Below are positions 19,028 to 28,707 of a DNA stretch of 64,000 nt, piece after piece. The position numbers and the translations under genes are program-made. The notes under the pieces were generated by a model that worked only from the letters and a program-made list of their open reading frames with translations, was not told the DNA's origin and searched no databases. The first letter of the stretch is position 1. Every line of letters begins with the position of its first letter. The DNA comes from Faecousia sp. (GTDB lineage: Bacteria; Bacillota; Clostridia; Oscillospirales; Oscillospiraceae): the NCBI GenBank assembly GCA_045604325.1, contig JAZUNW010000036.1, positions 2,393-66,392 on the forward strand, in the 5' to 3' direction.

Positions 19028-19122
19028 TTTATATATAATACTTAGCTATATAAAGCTAAGATATATAAACAGTTAAGTTTTATATATAAAGCTTAGTCTT
19101 ATATAAGACCAAATCTTATATA
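19028..19122. repeat. AT-rich cluster of TATATA-centred palindromes
   Basis: tttatatat..cttagct-atataa-agctaag-atatataaa; taagttttatatataaagctta; gtcttatataagac. Confidence 0.7.
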
Positions 19123-19506
19123 TCTCTCAACAAACGAAAATTTTGGGTTCGTTCTGCGGCTGCCGATTCGGCGAATGTCCCAAATGTATGGCAAGTGAAA
19201 AGTGAGTATGTGGCATATATCTACGCCCCCGTCTGCGAGGCGTCGCCAGTTTTCCGCTACCCCCGGGGAGGGGGTGCTACCGCTAACATCTCACCCCACG
19301 GTCACCGCAGCCTGTGCCTCGCCTTTCGGCTTTCGCACGCTCACGCCCACACAAAAGGCACTATACGACAGCTCTTCAAAATGTCCATGTGCGGTGGAAT
19401 TGCGCCCGTTTTGCAAATTCTTCGTTAAAATGCCGAAAACATATGTAATTCAAGGGTAAAACCCTACTTTAAACGCAACAAAAATATGATTTAGTGGCGT
19501 TCGCGC

Positions 19507-19941
19507 CTATTTTGCCGCTTTCTTCGCCCTCGGATCGTCTCCACCAAAGGAAATCTTGACTTCAACCGGTCCAGTCTGTTTTGCGTCTCCATCCGTCCAC
19601 TTTACGCCGTCGCCAATGTCCTGCTTCAGTGCAAAGATTGCTCTGCTTGTCAGTTGACCGTTCCACCCTTGGGCGCTCATCATTTGCCCTCTCATCCATG
19701 TCGCCATCTTTTTTAAGAGCCTCGCCCGCCCACAATATGCACTATCCTTCTTCCCATCGAGTGCCATAATGTCCTCTAGGTCTTTTTCGGTGCTATCGAG
19801 GAATGCAGCAAAATGCGGCCAGCTAGCCCTAGCAAAAACGCCGTTTTCAAGGTCATTTTTGTACTGAGCAATCTTCCCTTCCAAATCCTTTTCGGACAGG
19901 TGAAACGTGGGATTTCTGCCGCTGTTAGCGTTACCGGCCAT
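19507..19941 (-). CDS. Terminase small subunit (putative)
   Basis: MAGNANSGR N-terminus, AIFALKQ motif, size, and position upstream of terL. Confidence 0.7.
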   Translation of the reverse strand: MAGNANSGRNPTFHLSEKDLEGKIAQYKNDLENGVFARASWPHFAAFLDSTEKDLEDIMALDGKKDSAYCGRARLLKKMATWMRGQMMSAQGWNGQLTSRAIFALKQDIGDGVKWTDGDAKQTGPVEVKISFGGDDPRAKKAAK

Positions 19942-19978
19942 AAAAACACCTCCCAAAAGTTTCTATTTACACTTTAAC

Positions 19979-20007
19979 AAAGTATTTTAAAAATTATAGG
20001 GGGTAAT
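19979..20007 (-). promoter_or_regulatory. Putative late-promoter element, copy 1
   Basis: 27/29 identical to 31106-31134; upstream of terS. Confidence 0.6.
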
Positions 20008-20418
20008 AGTCAAAAAGTCCCCAAAAAGCGTACAAAAAAGCGCCCTGCAGGCCATCCAAAGCAGGACAGCTTAGCAGAGCGCAATATAGATCCAAATCAC
20101 GAGTGGTACAAGGTTAAAAAATGGGCAAAAAATATTTTTGAACGGGCAAAAAACAGAGAGCGGAACAATGTCGTATTGTGCGCAAAATGCACAATGCACA
20201 ATCAAAAAAAGGATACAAAAGCGGACAAGCCTACAATTCTAAGAACGTTTCAAAAGAATTCAAAAAAGCCTCTTGCTTTTCATCAAAGTTCGTGTTACTC
20301 TTGGATAGGTGCTCCCAACCCGGTAGGCGGTTTCCCTCATTGAGAGGGAGATTTTAAGCCCTCTGCTTATATGGATGTTTTTTTCACTGAAATATATCTA
20401 TGGAGGGGGAGTGATATT

Positions 20419-20508
20419 ATGACCTCGTATGAGACCATCGCAATCGTGATTGCAGTGCTCGGCCTTATCGTAGCGCTGATCATCGAGCTCATAAAAGCAA
20501 AGAAGTAA
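20419..20508 (+). CDS. Type I toxin (holin-like hydrophobic peptide, 29 aa)
   Basis: MTSYETIAIVIAVLGLIVALIIELIKAKK with a strong RBS; own promoter (TTGCTT-17-TACTCT, 20273-20301); convergent antisense promoter. Confidence 0.75.
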   Translation: MTSYETIAIVIAVLGLIVALIIELIKAKK

Positions 20509-20604
20509 CCGCCCTGTCCTGAGAAAACAAGAGGTTACTTTCTTTGTTCGTTCAGGGAACCGCCTATCGGTAGCACCCTTTTGCTGTCTAAAAATATATA
20601 CAGC
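20500..20604 (-). ncRNA. Putative antisense antitoxin RNA (ends approximate)
   Basis: Near-perfect minus-strand promoter TTGACT-17-TATAAT at 20639-20611 with no ORF downstream; the transcript would overlap the toxin 3' region. Confidence 0.5.
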
Positions 20605-20699
20605 TCGAGTATTATATCTTATTTTTGCAAGTTAGTCAACAACTTTTTTATAAAAAATATTATTTTTCTGTTGACAAGTAGTTGGACATCTCTTTATTT

Positions 20700-20727
20700 T
20701 AAGCCCCACCGCGATGGTGGGGCTTTT
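20700..20727. terminator. Terminator after the large virion protein gene
   Basis: aagccccacc-gcgat-ggtggggctttt hairpin. Confidence 0.75.
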
Positions 20728-20728
20728 C

Positions 20729-23700
20729 TTATTTCTTTGGCGGATTATAGATCTCGTAGAGCGTTGTAGCCTGCCGTTTGGTAAGGCTCATTTCCTGCAT
20801 CAGCTCCCGGATGATCTGTGCCTTGGTTCCCTCGGTGTCCACATAGATCCGGTAGCTTTCGGCATAGTCATCGGTGTCATAGCCAGCATCCAGGATCTTC
20901 AGGTACTTTTCGTAAGCCTTATCGTCCAGGATGTCCTCCATAGTCTCCTGCTGCTCCTTTTCGGTCAACGAGCTGGCCGCCACGGTTTCCACCTTCTGAA
21001 TGGTGCGCACATTGGTGTAGCTTGTGCCGTCGGGCTTGGTTTCCTTAGGCTTATCAAACAACTCTTGAATGGCCTCACTGAGCATGGCGGCTTTGTCTAT
21101 GGGCAGATCTGCGAACTTGTCCACATCTCCGGTCGCTACCTTTCGCAGGATAGCTTCCGCTTCATGGCCGGAAATACCTTGCATCCACTTGGCGCTGTAA
21201 TCGTCATAGCCATCCAGCGTTTCCACACGGGCATGCTCTCTTGCATAGTCATAGGCATACGCCATCGCATCTGCCTTTTGCTGATCCGTTAACCATCTGT
21301 AGTCAGCGGAATTAATGATGTCTTCCACGATGTCTCTTGCCGTCTGGCCCTGGGCCTTTGCAAGAGTTGTCCATTCGTCGGCAGATAAGTTCCGTTCCTG
21401 CTTATTGATGGTAATAGACTTTTGCGGAGATGACGGGAAAACATTTTTGTCGGTCTGCGCATCATCCAGCCGCTTTAGCTCTTCGTCCACTTTTGTTTCT
21501 GTAATTTTTGTCGCCTTTCCTGGATTGATAAATGCGTTGAACGCTCTCTCTGCAGCATTTCCGGTTTCTTGCGTTCTGCCCCAAATGTCCACATTTTCTG
21601 CTTGGTAAAAATCACCCGGAAGCCGTTTTGTTATATTGCCCACCGTTTTTTCCAGCGTCCTCTCAATCTGCGAATCCGCTGTTGTGTACGCTTTGTTCCG
21701 GCTGCTTTCCGTTGCCTGCTCAATCTGGCCAAATACAGTCGGGATCATTTGCTGAAAGTAACTTGTTGCGGCACTTGCAATAATGGCATAAATTTCTTCG
21801 CCACGCTCTGCATATTTTGCGCTTTGAACAACATCGCTAACGGCACTCAGGCAGCTAAGTTCCAGCATCGGCTCAAGAGATAACGATGCCGCACTTGCAA
21901 AATTGGCGATCCAGCTTGCGTCGTTATCTTCTCTTTTAGTCAGCTCATAAAAGTTAGCACCAACCAGCAATGGAATCACAGAGGGCGCAAGCCAAGAAAT
22001 GTCGTAGCTCGTATCTCCAATTTCCAGCGCATAAGACTGATGCCCTTCCAGTTCTTCCTCTTCCTCGACTCGCCCACGCAAGCGGAATCCCAAAAGTCCA
22101 CTTGCCAAGAAATAGCCGAGTACCCATATTCCTGTTCCGGTAAGGCCTGCCGAAATTTGATCAATTGCAGTTGCGGCACTGACTTTTCCGGACTTTACAT
22201 TCTTCGCAGCATTATATGCACCTCTAATCAAATTTGCGGGGCTGTATTCCGCAATGCGAACCGCAATGTTTGCCGGTGTCCGGCGGAACGGCATAACGCC
22301 CTCAGCAAGCGCATTAAGCGCAATTGCTGCTTTGTTGTTGCCTTTGTAGCGCAAATTGGCCAGTGCATCAGAAATCGCATTGTGGTCATTAAAAGTTGCT
22401 TTCAATGCTTCTTGAGCCGCATAACCCCTTGCCTCGTCCATAACTTCTTGCGAGACCTTGCCGTTTTGGATATCTTCCGCCGTGTATCCTCGGGCCTTCA
22501 AGAAAGACGCAAGAGATGTGGAGTATTCCCACTTCTTGAAAAGCATATCAGCTGCCTCAGGAACATCCTGAATAAACTCTCTTGTTTTTTCCAGCCACTT
22601 TGTATCGAAAATTTTTCTGTTGTCGCCAATTGCGTTTTGTGCATCGCCGGTTCTTGCGCTGTACTTAATTAGCTGCTGTGCCGTTTGTTCGCCTGCGTCT
22701 TCTTTTGCCCACGCAAGCAGCGCCTTTGCTTCTTTCCCCGTGCCCAAAATGGCCGCTGTTCTGTTTTCTTGATCCAGAACTGCACTTTGAATTGCTGCAC
22801 TAATTGCCCTTTTGGTTGTAACAAGCGGCCTAAACGCAAGATTTCCAAAGAAGTTCCGCACTTGCGTCTTTGCATTACCAAGCATGCACATATACCGCCA
22901 TGCGTTTACCTTTTCCAAAAGTGTACCCTTGATCTGTGCTGCAGCCGCTTTATAGATAGCCGCTTCCGCTTCCAGTTTTGCCTTTTCCGTTTCTTCTGTA
23001 TGCTGTGCAGCATCCATTCTTGCAGCTTCTACATAGGCGTCTTTCAACTCCTGTGGAATATTGATCTCGGCTTGGGTTTTGCCGCTCCTGCCTTTATTCA
23101 GATTGTCAACATAACGGTCAACCGTCTTTTGTATCACAGAAAGCTGGCTTTCCGGTGCCATTTTCCGGATCAAAGAGAAAAGACGCAGCTTGCGTCCGGC
23201 ATCGTTTGCCATTGCAGCAAGATCTACCATGATCTCAGCCGCATTATCAGTATCGCCACGGCTGTTGTAGATGTTGTACAGCAACAGACCCTTTACTATG
23301 TCGCTGTCCTTTGCCCTCCCGCTCATGGCAGCACGGGTCACACTTCCTCTGCTTGCGGCAACGCCGGCTTTTTTAATGCTTTCCGCAGCCTCATCGATCA
23401 ACACCTTATCGGTCTTTACATCAAAGCCAAGGGCGCCATCGCCGATCATCTCCTGAATGCGGTCTGCCATTTCTTCATTGGTGATTTCCGCACCCATTGC
23501 GTTTTCCACAAAGTCAGATACACGGCGTCCGTACGCATCCGTTTCCGGAATTTCCACATCTCTAACGCCGCCCTCTCTGTTCTTTTTCACATTGTCATCA
23601 GACAGAAGATCGTAATATGTCTGCTTGCCGGTAAAGTTCGCATCCGCTGCGCCCATTGCTGGCTTGGCTTCTGTTTCCGTTCCCGCAACAGCGCCCACGG

Positions 23701-26700
23701 ACTCGTCTGCTGCAGGTGTTCCTTTGGATTTTTGCGCCTGCTTGAATTGCGTATGAAGTTGATCCAACTCTCGAATGTAACTGTCAAAGTCAAGGAAAGC
23801 ATCCGGAATCCACTGCCCGTATTCAAATCGGCTGTCTTCCAAAACGCCACCTTGCTTAAAGCCGTACACGATCGAGTTCAGCTCGTCAAACAATCGTCCG
23901 AAGTCATGATCCGTCATGCTAAAAAGATCAATGCCGGCATGCTCGGCAGCCATTTCCATCAAGTCATTTGCCTGCTCGGTACCCTGCGCCAACATATCGG
24001 CTGTTCTTCCTACAAATTCTGTGTACGAAGAAAACCCCTTTTGCTTCATTGCGTGGTTCGCTTCATGTGGGATCAGCGAAGGAATATTCCCTTCATGGAT
24101 ACCATCGCTTACATACACGATCCCGTTTTGAATTGCTGCAGGGCTTTTCAGATTCCACGCAGACGCTTTGACGATTCGGCAAGGGAGATTGTATTCTTCT
24201 GCAAACCTCTCCTGCGCTTTCCGTAAAACAGTCCCATCCTCAGGGGTGTACATATCTTCTGGCGAAAAGCGCTCGTTCGTTATTCCGGCGGATTCTCCCA
24301 AGACAGAAGTTCCAGCGCCTCTTTCACCCTTTTCTCGGATCTCTCCCGATATTCCGGATCTTTCGCTTTCCTCTGTTCGTGTTCCCTCATAGAATCCTGC
24401 ACCATTTTGATCCGGTCCGCCATTGTTCTGCCGTCCGTAGCCTTGTTCTCCTGTGCCATAATTCACACCTCCAGTGATATTACTGTTATCATAATCTGTG
24501 CCGGCGGTGGTGTCAACCTCTGGGTTCGCCAGCTTTGCCACCGCCTCTTTTACCGCAGTGCGCTGCTGCGAGGCGCTAAGACCGTAGATCTTTAAGTCCG
24601 CCTCTTTCATCAGCTGCGTTACCGCCCGGGCGCTGTTTAGGATGTCCAGCGCCTGCTTGTTGGTCACAGTGCCGGTGCTCCTAAAACCTTCTATCGCTGC
24701 TGCCACGGGATCTGCCGGCGCGCCGTTTTGCTTTGCTACCGTTTCATCCAGAAGGTCTGAGATGTTTATGTCGCTGTCAGCCCCTTGGCGGCTCTGTGCG
24801 GGCACAGTTTTTGGCTTGTCCCCAACCCCTTCCATCAGCTCGTCCACGGTGATACGCCCGTTCTGCGCCGTCTGCGTGCTGTTTTCGGTGTTGACAATTG
24901 GGTCATTACCGCGTATACTGTTATTAGAAGCTTTCACAGACTCCGCTACGGGCGTTGCACCAGGGCTTATAGCATTGGTGGACTGTGGGGCTTCTGTTTT
25001 TTTATACCGGGCAATTCTGTCTTTATCCTCCCGCAGAGCCGCCTGCTTTGCGGATATTTGCTCCACAGATAGCATCCGATCCGGTAAATATTTTAAAAAA
25101 TGCTTATCCACAGGGTTGATTTTTTCAACAATCGCTGCTAAACTATAATTAGAAGCTGGTATCAGGGATTGGGCTTGGTTATTTCCGACCGCAGTCCCCG
25201 GGACATCGGCTTCTATTTTTGTCATTGCAACTGTCAAATATAACTTTCCTCCAACATCGGAGGATTTTTTTATTTCCATTTGAACTGGAATAATGGCAGT
25301 TCCATCGCTATATGCGCCAAGCAGTACATATACCATTTCCAAATTTCTGTCCGCACGGGTTGTCCCTGCATACTTATCTGTATGCTTTTCTACCAACACC
25401 GCATGTTCCAAAATCTGGTCTAGATTGCTGATTGCACCAGCAAAGTCGCTGTAACTCCCTCCGTACCGTATCTGCTTGTGTAAACTTTCTGACAGACCCT
25501 TTGCAGAAAACTGAAAATCAATCTCAACATCGGGGGTCTGCATAGAACGATTCAGTATTCCAAGCTTTTTCGCCAGTGGCCGAATGATTTTCTCTACCTT
25601 GCTCTTCGCCTTTGCAGGCAGAGCCCGAATCTCAGAAATATCCTTTGCGTGGGCCTTAGAACCTGCGTCTGACACGACCAAAAGTCTCTTGCCTGACAGC
25701 GCGGTAAATCGTTCTTCATCAGTCATGTTTTCCGTGATGGTAGTTATTTCGTTAGTGGATACAATTGTATTTGTTCCTGTTGTATAGCGCTCCGCTTCCT
25801 GCTGCTGTGCTTGCTGTGCGATGGCATTTCCGGGGTATTGGTTCGTTGCAACAGAGGTAACTCCAGACATTGCAGAACCAGATGCCCATGCCATGGCGGC
25901 TGTTTCTGCCGCCATAAGAAACACTTGCTTAGACGCATACCCTGTAGCTTGTTCATAAGTCATACCCTGCGCCATGGCATTGCGCACCATCTCGTTGTAG
26001 CCGCTTTTTTCTCGCAAAATTACCGCTTCTGCGGCAAGGCCACCCAAAAAGTTCAGTTCTTCTGTTGTCGCTTCAACGCCGCCTTGCCTAAGCGCATCAG
26101 CCCACACTTGCGCACCGCTTTTGCCTGCTTTAACACTGTCTAACAATTCGTCCAACGGTATTTTTTCCGTGAGTACTTCCAATGCGCCGGTTGCCACGCC
26201 CAGTACCATTGCCGCATCTCCACTTAATCCGCTGTCCGCTGCTTTCTGGTATCCCTCTGAAAAACCGCTCACCGCAGCAAGTGCAAGACTTCCAGCACCA
26301 AGTGTATAGATTTTAGCAAAATTGTCTACAGATTGAACGCCGACGCCAAATGCAAATTCGGATAAGGATTCTGCAAAATCCTGCGCACCTTTACTTGCGC
26401 CTGCTCCTTCCATATGCTCTCTTACCCAGTATCCTACCTCTTCTTTTGTGGATTCTTGCACGCCTTTGCCCCAAGCCTCCCAATCACTGTAAGGAACATA
26501 ACCTGCGCCGTATCTGCCCGTTCCACCATCAATTACTTTAGCAAGCCGGTAAGGAAGTGCACCAAAGTTTCCTATCGTATTTGCAAGCAAACTAATTGGC
26601 ACATTTAAGATGTCACCGCTCTCCTGTCCGTCTTTGAAGGCAGCCTCATATCGTTCCTTTCCTTTGCTATATTCTACCGTTTCCAAAATTCGCAATACGT

Positions 26701-27439
26701 TATCTTTGCCATACTTAGTAAAAAGACTGTTCAAGTTTTCGTTTCGGACGTTAAACTCGCCTTTAGAGTGTGCATCAAATGCTTGATACATTAGGTCTTG
26801 ATCTTCTTGGGGCCATGTTGCCAACTCTTCAAGGTCTGCTTTTATAAAATTATCAGTAACGATTTTGTTCTTTTGAGACCGCAAGCTTTCTATCTGTGCA
26901 TTATAAGCACTTGACGAGCTCACGCCCAACTTTTTTGCAAGTTCCTCATACTCTGTTACCCATTGCTGCATTTCTTTGTCGCCTGACCACGCCCCAGGGT
27001 TCATACTGTATTGTGTATAATAAAACTCAAGTTCTTGAAGCCGCTTTGCATCTTCATTGTCTTCCATTCCTTTTATTGCGGCATCATAAGCCCGTGTAAT
27101 ATCACTCGTGCCATACTTTTTATCTATGTTGTCGAATGCGTGTTTGTCGGGGTTAGATAGTAAAGTGCCCATCGCAATTTTTTGCGCATCGGATTTGCTT
27201 TTTTGCGTTTCTGCTGGATATATACTGCCAATCATCCCAGAGTGCCTCTCATACGGGCTTGAAGTTTTGTTTGCACCTCCTGTCGACGGAGTAACAGCAG
27301 GCATTTCTTTCTTCAAAGAGATCGTGCCGTCCGCATACATTACATAGTCCTTGCTGCCACCGGTAGACGCACCGGCACTTTGCGCTTGCGGATTTTTTTC
27401 ACGGATTTTCCCGTCAGCATCCATATAGTATGTTGCCAT
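20729..27439 (-). CDS. Large polyvalent / DNA-ejection (internal virion) protein, ~2236 aa
   Basis: Size and position after the tail-hub genes; LPD3/BECR-like segment (FSAKGLSESLHK...LEHAVLVE), a zincin motif HEANH, and a PFRRTPANI C-terminal region. Confidence 0.7.
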   Translation of the reverse strand: MATYYMDADGKIREKNPQAQSAGASTGGSKDYVMYADGTISLKKEMPAVTPSTGGANKTSSPYERHSGMIGSIYPAETQKSKSDAQKIAMGTLLSNPDKHAFDNIDKKYGTSDITRAYDAAIKGMEDNEDAKRLQELEFYYTQYSMNPGAWSGDKEMQQWVTEYEELAKKLGVSSSSAYNAQIESLRSQKNKIVTDNFIKADLEELATWPQEDQDLMYQAFDAHSKGEFNVRNENLNSLFTKYGKDNVLRILETVEYSKGKERYEAAFKDGQESGDILNVPISLLANTIGNFGALPYRLAKVIDGGTGRYGAGYVPYSDWEAWGKGVQESTKEEVGYWVREHMEGAGASKGAQDFAESLSEFAFGVGVQSVDNFAKIYTLGAGSLALAAVSGFSEGYQKAADSGLSGDAAMVLGVATGALEVLTEKIPLDELLDSVKAGKSGAQVWADALRQGGVEATTEELNFLGGLAAEAVILREKSGYNEMVRNAMAQGMTYEQATGYASKQVFLMAAETAAMAWASGSAMSGVTSVATNQYPGNAIAQQAQQQEAERYTTGTNTIVSTNEITTITENMTDEERFTALSGKRLLVVSDAGSKAHAKDISEIRALPAKAKSKVEKIIRPLAKKLGILNRSMQTPDVEIDFQFSAKGLSESLHKQIRYGGSYSDFAGAISNLDQILEHAVLVEKHTDKYAGTTRADRNLEMVYVLLGAYSDGTAIIPVQMEIKKSSDVGGKLYLTVAMTKIEADVPGTAVGNNQAQSLIPASNYSLAAIVEKINPVDKHFLKYLPDRMLSVEQISAKQAALREDKDRIARYKKTEAPQSTNAISPGATPVAESVKASNNSIRGNDPIVNTENSTQTAQNGRITVDELMEGVGDKPKTVPAQSRQGADSDINISDLLDETVAKQNGAPADPVAAAIEGFRSTGTVTNKQALDILNSARAVTQLMKEADLKIYGLSASQQRTAVKEAVAKLANPEVDTTAGTDYDNSNITGGVNYGTGEQGYGRQNNGGPDQNGAGFYEGTRTEESERSGISGEIREKGERGAGTSVLGESAGITNERFSPEDMYTPEDGTVLRKAQERFAEEYNLPCRIVKASAWNLKSPAAIQNGIVYVSDGIHEGNIPSLIPHEANHAMKQKGFSSYTEFVGRTADMLAQGTEQANDLMEMAAEHAGIDLFSMTDHDFGRLFDELNSIVYGFKQGGVLEDSRFEYGQWIPDAFLDFDSYIRELDQLHTQFKQAQKSKGTPAADESVGAVAGTETEAKPAMGAADANFTGKQTYYDLLSDDNVKKNREGGVRDVEIPETDAYGRRVSDFVENAMGAEITNEEMADRIQEMIGDGALGFDVKTDKVLIDEAAESIKKAGVAASRGSVTRAAMSGRAKDSDIVKGLLLYNIYNSRGDTDNAAEIMVDLAAMANDAGRKLRLFSLIRKMAPESQLSVIQKTVDRYVDNLNKGRSGKTQAEINIPQELKDAYVEAARMDAAQHTEETEKAKLEAEAAIYKAAAAQIKGTLLEKVNAWRYMCMLGNAKTQVRNFFGNLAFRPLVTTKRAISAAIQSAVLDQENRTAAILGTGKEAKALLAWAKEDAGEQTAQQLIKYSARTGDAQNAIGDNRKIFDTKWLEKTREFIQDVPEAADMLFKKWEYSTSLASFLKARGYTAEDIQNGKVSQEVMDEARGYAAQEALKATFNDHNAISDALANLRYKGNNKAAIALNALAEGVMPFRRTPANIAVRIAEYSPANLIRGAYNAAKNVKSGKVSAATAIDQISAGLTGTGIWVLGYFLASGLLGFRLRGRVEEEEELEGHQSYALEIGDTSYDISWLAPSVIPLLVGANFYELTKREDNDASWIANFASAASLSLEPMLELSCLSAVSDVVQSAKYAERGEEIYAIIASAATSYFQQMIPTVFGQIEQATESSRNKAYTTADSQIERTLEKTVGNITKRLPGDFYQAENVDIWGRTQETGNAAERAFNAFINPGKATKITETKVDEELKRLDDAQTDKNVFPSSPQKSITINKQERNLSADEWTTLAKAQGQTARDIVEDIINSADYRWLTDQQKADAMAYAYDYAREHARVETLDGYDDYSAKWMQGISGHEAEAILRKVATGDVDKFADLPIDKAAMLSEAIQELFDKPKETKPDGTSYTNVRTIQKVETVAASSLTEKEQQETMEDILDDKAYEKYLKILDAGYDTDDYAESYRIYVDTEGTKAQIIRELMQEMSLTKRQATTLYEIYNPPKK

Positions 27440-27462
27440 GATCGTTTCTCCTTTCCGTCGCA

Positions 27463-28251
27463 TTAAGGCTTAAACTGGAAGTATTCTTCTTTTGTATAAT
27501 CCCAATACCACATTGTTCCGTCTTCCGCCCGCATTACCGGTGTTGATGTCCTGCCGTATGGTTTGCGGATCTCTAAATTGTCTCCGGTAGATTTCAGTAG
27601 TCCATGTCCTTTAATACCGGTAGGTTTGCCGTTTTCATCGACCTTGTAATCTTGGTTATACTTATAGGGGGCCATATCCTCATCCGTAAGCCCAAGCATC
27701 TTGTAGTACAGAGAATAGTCTCCCTCGTTTTCACCATAGGCCTCTGCCGCTTTAAGACGGCTTTCAAACAGTGCCTGCTCAGATGCTGCCTTAGCCTGCT
27801 GAGCTGCGCGCAGCGCCGCTTCTTCTTTTTCCGCCTGCTCGTAAAGGGCCTGCGCTTTCTGTAGGTCGTTTTCTGCCTGGGCCTGCCGAATTGCGGATGC
27901 ATATTCTTTTGCCAGCAGACCTCTCTGCCGTTCCACTGCTGCATCTGTCTCCTGCTGGGCAGTCCGCAGAGCCGTCACATTTGCCTGGAGCTGATTATCT
28001 CTGGCAAGACGGGCTTGCGCCCTGGCACCGGAAGTCAGACCGGATGCAGCATAATACTCCGCATCACTCATTGCTGCCCGCTGGGCATCGGCCTTTACAA
28101 TCCCGATATTCTTTTCTGTCTGCTTTTGTGCCGCCTGCTGCTGTGCGTCCAAGTTGGAACCGGCTGCATCATAATCCTGGGTCAGCCGTTCTTTTTGCGA
28201 TGCCAACTGGGAATCATACATTTTTGCGATTTTCTCTTCTGCTTTGGACAT
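27463..28251 (-). CDS. Coiled-coil phage protein, putative internal virion/ejection protein
   Basis: Ala/Gln-rich coiled coil with an ASGLTSG motif; lies between the adaptor and the large virion protein. Confidence 0.6.
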   Translation of the reverse strand: MSKAEEKIAKMYDSQLASQKERLTQDYDAAGSNLDAQQQAAQKQTEKNIGIVKADAQRAAMSDAEYYAASGLTSGARAQARLARDNQLQANVTALRTAQQETDAAVERQRGLLAKEYASAIRQAQAENDLQKAQALYEQAEKEEAALRAAQQAKAASEQALFESRLKAAEAYGENEGDYSLYYKMLGLTDEDMAPYKYNQDYKVDENGKPTGIKGHGLLKSTGDNLEIRKPYGRTSTPVMRAEDGTMWYWDYTKEEYFQFKP

Positions 28252-28265
28252 ATCCTTTTCTCCTT

Positions 28266-28697
28266 TCAAAATGCACCGTAGGGCATGGGGATCGTTTCAA
28301 ACTCCGCAGGCACCTTGTTTCGCACATCTGCAAACACCTGATTGTACCGGCTTTGAAACCACGCCGCCAATTCTTCGTTTTCGCCTGCCAGCAGATGTGC
28401 TGCCAAGGCATAGGGCAGCACGCCCAGCGCCAACATATCATCCAGTGGGATGATTTGCGCAAAGTCTGCGTTCCTATGATCTTCCGGCAGGATCAGTGCC
28501 GGGCAGACGGGCCGTCCGGTACTTCTATAGAAACAGTCGTCAGAATAAGGGTACAATGCCGGCATCACCGCATTCAGAATAGACAGTGTGCGGAATTTAT
28601 ACTCCTGCGTATCCTGGGTGAGCGTGGTGCCGTTCGTTTCGGACTGCTCGTCCATCATATGAATTGCTGTGTCAAATACCTGTTTTACCGTTACCAT
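28266..28697 (-). CDS. Putative head-tail adaptor
   Basis: 143 aa with VLPYALAAHLL; adjacent to the tail-hub gene. Confidence 0.55.
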   Translation of the reverse strand: MVTVKQVFDTAIHMMDEQSETNGTTLTQDTQEYKFRTLSILNAVMPALYPYSDDCFYRSTGRPVCPALILPEDHRNADFAQIIPLDDMLALGVLPYALAAHLLAGENEELAAWFQSRYNQVFADVRNKVPAEFETIPMPYGAF

Positions 28698-28707
28698 ATG
28701 AGCCTCC

